Source: Verrucomicrobiota bacterium
GTDB taxonomy: Bacteria > Verrucomicrobiota > Verrucomicrobiia > Verrucomicrobiales > DEV007
Assembly (NCBI GenBank): GCA_045046875.1
Contig: JASFYY010000051.1
Span: 1-26,971 of the forward strand
Reading direction: 5' to 3'
DNA: 26,971 nt
Shown: positions 25,131 to 26,971 of the stretch, piece after piece
How the letters are laid out: each line of letters begins with the position of its first letter
Numbering within the stretch: position 1 is the first letter of the stretch
The notes under the pieces: model-generated
Databases searched by the model: none
What the model was told of the DNA's origin: nothing
The model's input: the letters and a program-made list of their open reading frames with translations, nothing else
Made by a program: the position numbers and the translations under genes

Positions 25131-26615
25131 TCATTCATTTTTCAATTGCAAAAATAATTCCGTCAACTTCTTCACAATTTTCGGCGAAGCGCCTTTTTCA
25201 ACCCGGTTGACCGTCAACCAGGTTTCATATCCTCCCAGCTCATGTTGTTTTGGTGATGGCAAATAACCATTGCCCCCATTAGCCAGTTCAATCGTAAAAG
25301 TTTCGCCGAAGGGGCTCTTGTTTTCAATCTCCAGGCCTATCTCGGTGAAAACCTCAAAAGGCAAAGCCGCAATGCCGAGATCCCCAATGCGAAAAACCTG
25401 CGCAGCGATGTCGAGCGTCTCGGGAAATTTGGCTACATCGATCGCACGTCGAGCGAACAAAGCCTGCCTCGTATAGTCACGTGAATCAGGTTGGGGTTTT
25501 TCTAAAATCGCCTGAGCCCGCTTCAACTGATCTGCATCCGGACGGCGATAACGCAAGGTTATTGCCGCTTGGGCGGCTCCGAGCTTCACCCAGTCCTGGT
25601 ATTTGATCGTTTTGCGAACCCGCAGAACCTCCTGCGCCAGATCCTCCGCCACCAGTTTCATCTTTTCATAAGGCGCATAAGAACGACGCTTTTTTTTGCT
25701 GTAACTGGCGTAATCATTGTTATTGATATCTCCGCTGGCGCCATTGCTCAGCATACCGACAAAAGCAGGTTGCTGCCCTGCCGGAGCCAACAGTTGGGCA
25801 ATGCGTTGGCTGAACACCCCGAAATAATCCGCCGAGATGTGCCCCTTGCCCACCCCTCCAACATAGTGCAGCCAGTGGTTGGCGAGCAAAGCGATCGGTC
25901 GTCCCGCCGTGGATTCGACCGAAAGAAAATAAACCTTTGGATTGACCGGTCCCGCGGGCTTGAGCAAGTCCTTGGCATAACGCCCCGGATTGGTCGCCGC
26001 CAGATCCTCGTCACCGAAGGGACTGGTCACCGTCTTGCCGTCCTTGAGCAACCAGCGCCGGTTGAAAACATGCTGCGGCACTTCCCCCACGCCCCAACCG
26101 ATACGTGCCGGTTCGAGGTGATTGATCGCCCGCTGAATCCCATCGGCAATGCGACGAATGACAAATTTCTGGTATTCGTCAAACGGCTGCTCGAGAACCG
26201 TGTAGCTGGTGCCACGCAAGCTGGGAGCTGAGTGCGAATGGGTGGCAGCCATTAGCATATTCTCCATCGGCAGGCTGGTTTTTTCATGTATCAACTGCTT
26301 GGCAGCATCAAAAAACTCATGCGGAATCTGGACATTATCGACAATCGCAAAAGCGAGCCGGGTCTCTCCGTCGTCGAGCACCAGACAGCGAACATGCAGT
26401 TCATCGTGGATGTGCAACGAACCCTTCGGCGCAAAACCACCAATAATCGATGTGCCGAGAAAAGGCGTGATATTACTGGTCGCCGCACCCGCACGAAAAA
26501 CTTTAGCCGCAGTCGAAGGCGATTCCCCAGAGTTCTGGGATCGCGCAGATTCCTCAACAGCGTAACTTTGCAGCGCCACGATACAGAGCGCCATAATAAT
26601 CAGGGGGGATTTCAT
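25131..26615 (-). CDS. Neutral/alkaline ceramidase-family amidohydrolase, secreted
   Basis: FRAGAATSNITP, HDELHVRCLVLDDG, ATHSHSAP (Zn HxH), ISADY, GASGDIN, GYLPS and GGYE. Start moved to the ATG at 26615, giving signal peptide MKSPLIIMALCIVALQSYA. Confidence 0.85.
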   Translation of the reverse strand: MKSPLIIMALCIVALQSYAVEESARSQNSGESPSTAAKVFRAGAATSNITPFLGTSIIGGFAPKGSLHIHDELHVRCLVLDDGETRLAFAIVDNVQIPHEFFDAAKQLIHEKTSLPMENMLMAATHSHSAPSLRGTSYTVLEQPFDEYQKFVIRRIADGIQRAINHLEPARIGWGVGEVPQHVFNRRWLLKDGKTVTSPFGDEDLAATNPGRYAKDLLKPAGPVNPKVYFLSVESTAGRPIALLANHWLHYVGGVGKGHISADYFGVFSQRIAQLLAPAGQQPAFVGMLSNGASGDINNNDYASYSKKKRRSYAPYEKMKLVAEDLAQEVLRVRKTIKYQDWVKLGAAQAAITLRYRRPDADQLKRAQAILEKPQPDSRDYTRQALFARRAIDVAKFPETLDIAAQVFRIGDLGIAALPFEVFTEIGLEIENKSPFGETFTIELANGGNGYLPSPKQHELGGYETWLTVNRVEKGASPKIVKKLTELFLQLKNE

Positions 26616-26630
26616 GCCAAAAGATAAGAC

Positions 26631-26659
26631 AGGCTTACCGAACACACCCAAGCTGTCAA
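26631..26659 (-). promoter_or_regulatory. Possible sigma70 promoter for the hydrolase operon
   Basis: Perfect TTGACA (26659-26654) followed 17 nt later by a weak -10-like AAGCCT, just upstream of the ATG at 26615. Confidence 0.4.
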
Positions 26660-26876
26660 TAGCGCGATATTGCTGATTTGCACACCGCAGGTGTGCGGGC
26701 ATCCCTGTCCAATCCTCAATCTCAGCCCAACAACCAAGAATCTGAACAAGGTGTGAACCATCGAAGCCAAAGTCCGCACCCCGCCCGTATCCGTTCATAC
26801 GGTGAGCTGACCGATAAGTTGAGGTGTAAGACAAAATAGTTAAGCTGCTGACCACTATGCCTTTCACCCTCTCAGG

Positions 26877-26971
26877 CATACGCGTCAACTTAAGTGGCTT
26901 TTTTTTCTTTTTTAGAGAGCAACGATTTACTAGGCTTTACGCGTTTCAATATAAAGGTATCCCGATCTTCT
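26877..26971 (-). mobile_element. Probable end of an IS4-family (IS231-like) insertion sequence extending beyond the window
   Basis: CATACGCGTCAACTTAAG (26877-26894) resembles the IS231-type terminal repeat as I recall it (CAT-N5-TCAACTTAAG). A minus-strand frame stops inside it, and composition becomes AT-rich to its right. Confidence 0.55.
26890..26971 (-). CDS. Basic C-terminal fragment of an ORF entering from the right, possibly a transposase
   Basis: Open from the window edge: ...EDRDTFILKRVKPSKSLLSKKEKKAT*, with TAA at 26892-26890 inside the putative inverted repeat. Only 26 codons are visible. Confidence 0.4.
   Translation of the reverse strand, partial: EDRDTFILKRVKPSKSLLSKKEKKAT

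Noticed and set aside
26785..26805. Hairpin resembling group II intron domain V
   Set aside because: It lacks the length and catalytic-triad arrangement of domain V, and there is no reverse transcriptase in the window.
26616..26888. 91-codon N-terminal extension of the ceramidase-family ORF
   Set aside because: It starts at a TTG inside the putative IS repeat, precedes a clear signal peptide at 26615 and spans a likely promoter, so it is probably non-coding.
26876..26906. TCAACTT-AAGTGGC followed by a T-run, superficially like the 3' part of a Cas9 tracrRNA or an intrinsic terminator
   Set aside because: There is no anti-repeat, array or cas9 in view. The sequence is better explained as an IS end plus Lys codons on the minus strand.

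Overview
Gene-dense bacterial chromosomal window. The DUF1501 + PSD1/planctomycete cytochrome c pair, the many secreted hydrolases and the general lack of Shine-Dalgarno motifs suggest the PVC superphylum, most likely Verrucomicrobia (inference). Left to right: (1) an AT-rich block with two tandem NTF2/SnoaL-like genes (the first truncated by the window edge and absent from the ORF track), a PheA/TfdB-type FAD monooxygenase and a signal-peptide-bearing adenosine deaminase; (2) a convergent operon of a REC-adenylate cyclase and a dCache-HAMP-HAMP-HisKA-HATPase-REC-REC-Hpt hybrid kinase; (3) a DUF1549/DUF1553 cytochrome c + DUF1501 pair; (4) a Dabb protein divergent from pgi-glnD; (5) two convergent alpha/beta hydrolases; (6) a minus-strand run of secreted enzymes (ceramidase-family, BNR/sialidase-like, DUF4838-CBM9-TPR); (7) a probable IS4-family (IS231-like) element end at the right edge. 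Intergenic spaces carry several small REP-like and 7/9/10-bp periodic repeats. I saw no rRNA, tRNA or CRISPR array. The best candidates for undescribed biology are the Cache kinase -> cAMP module beside a secreted adenosine deaminase, the NTF2-NTF2-monooxygenase cluster that runs off the left edge, and the secreted hydrolase operon. All family calls come from motif recognition by eye, not database searches.
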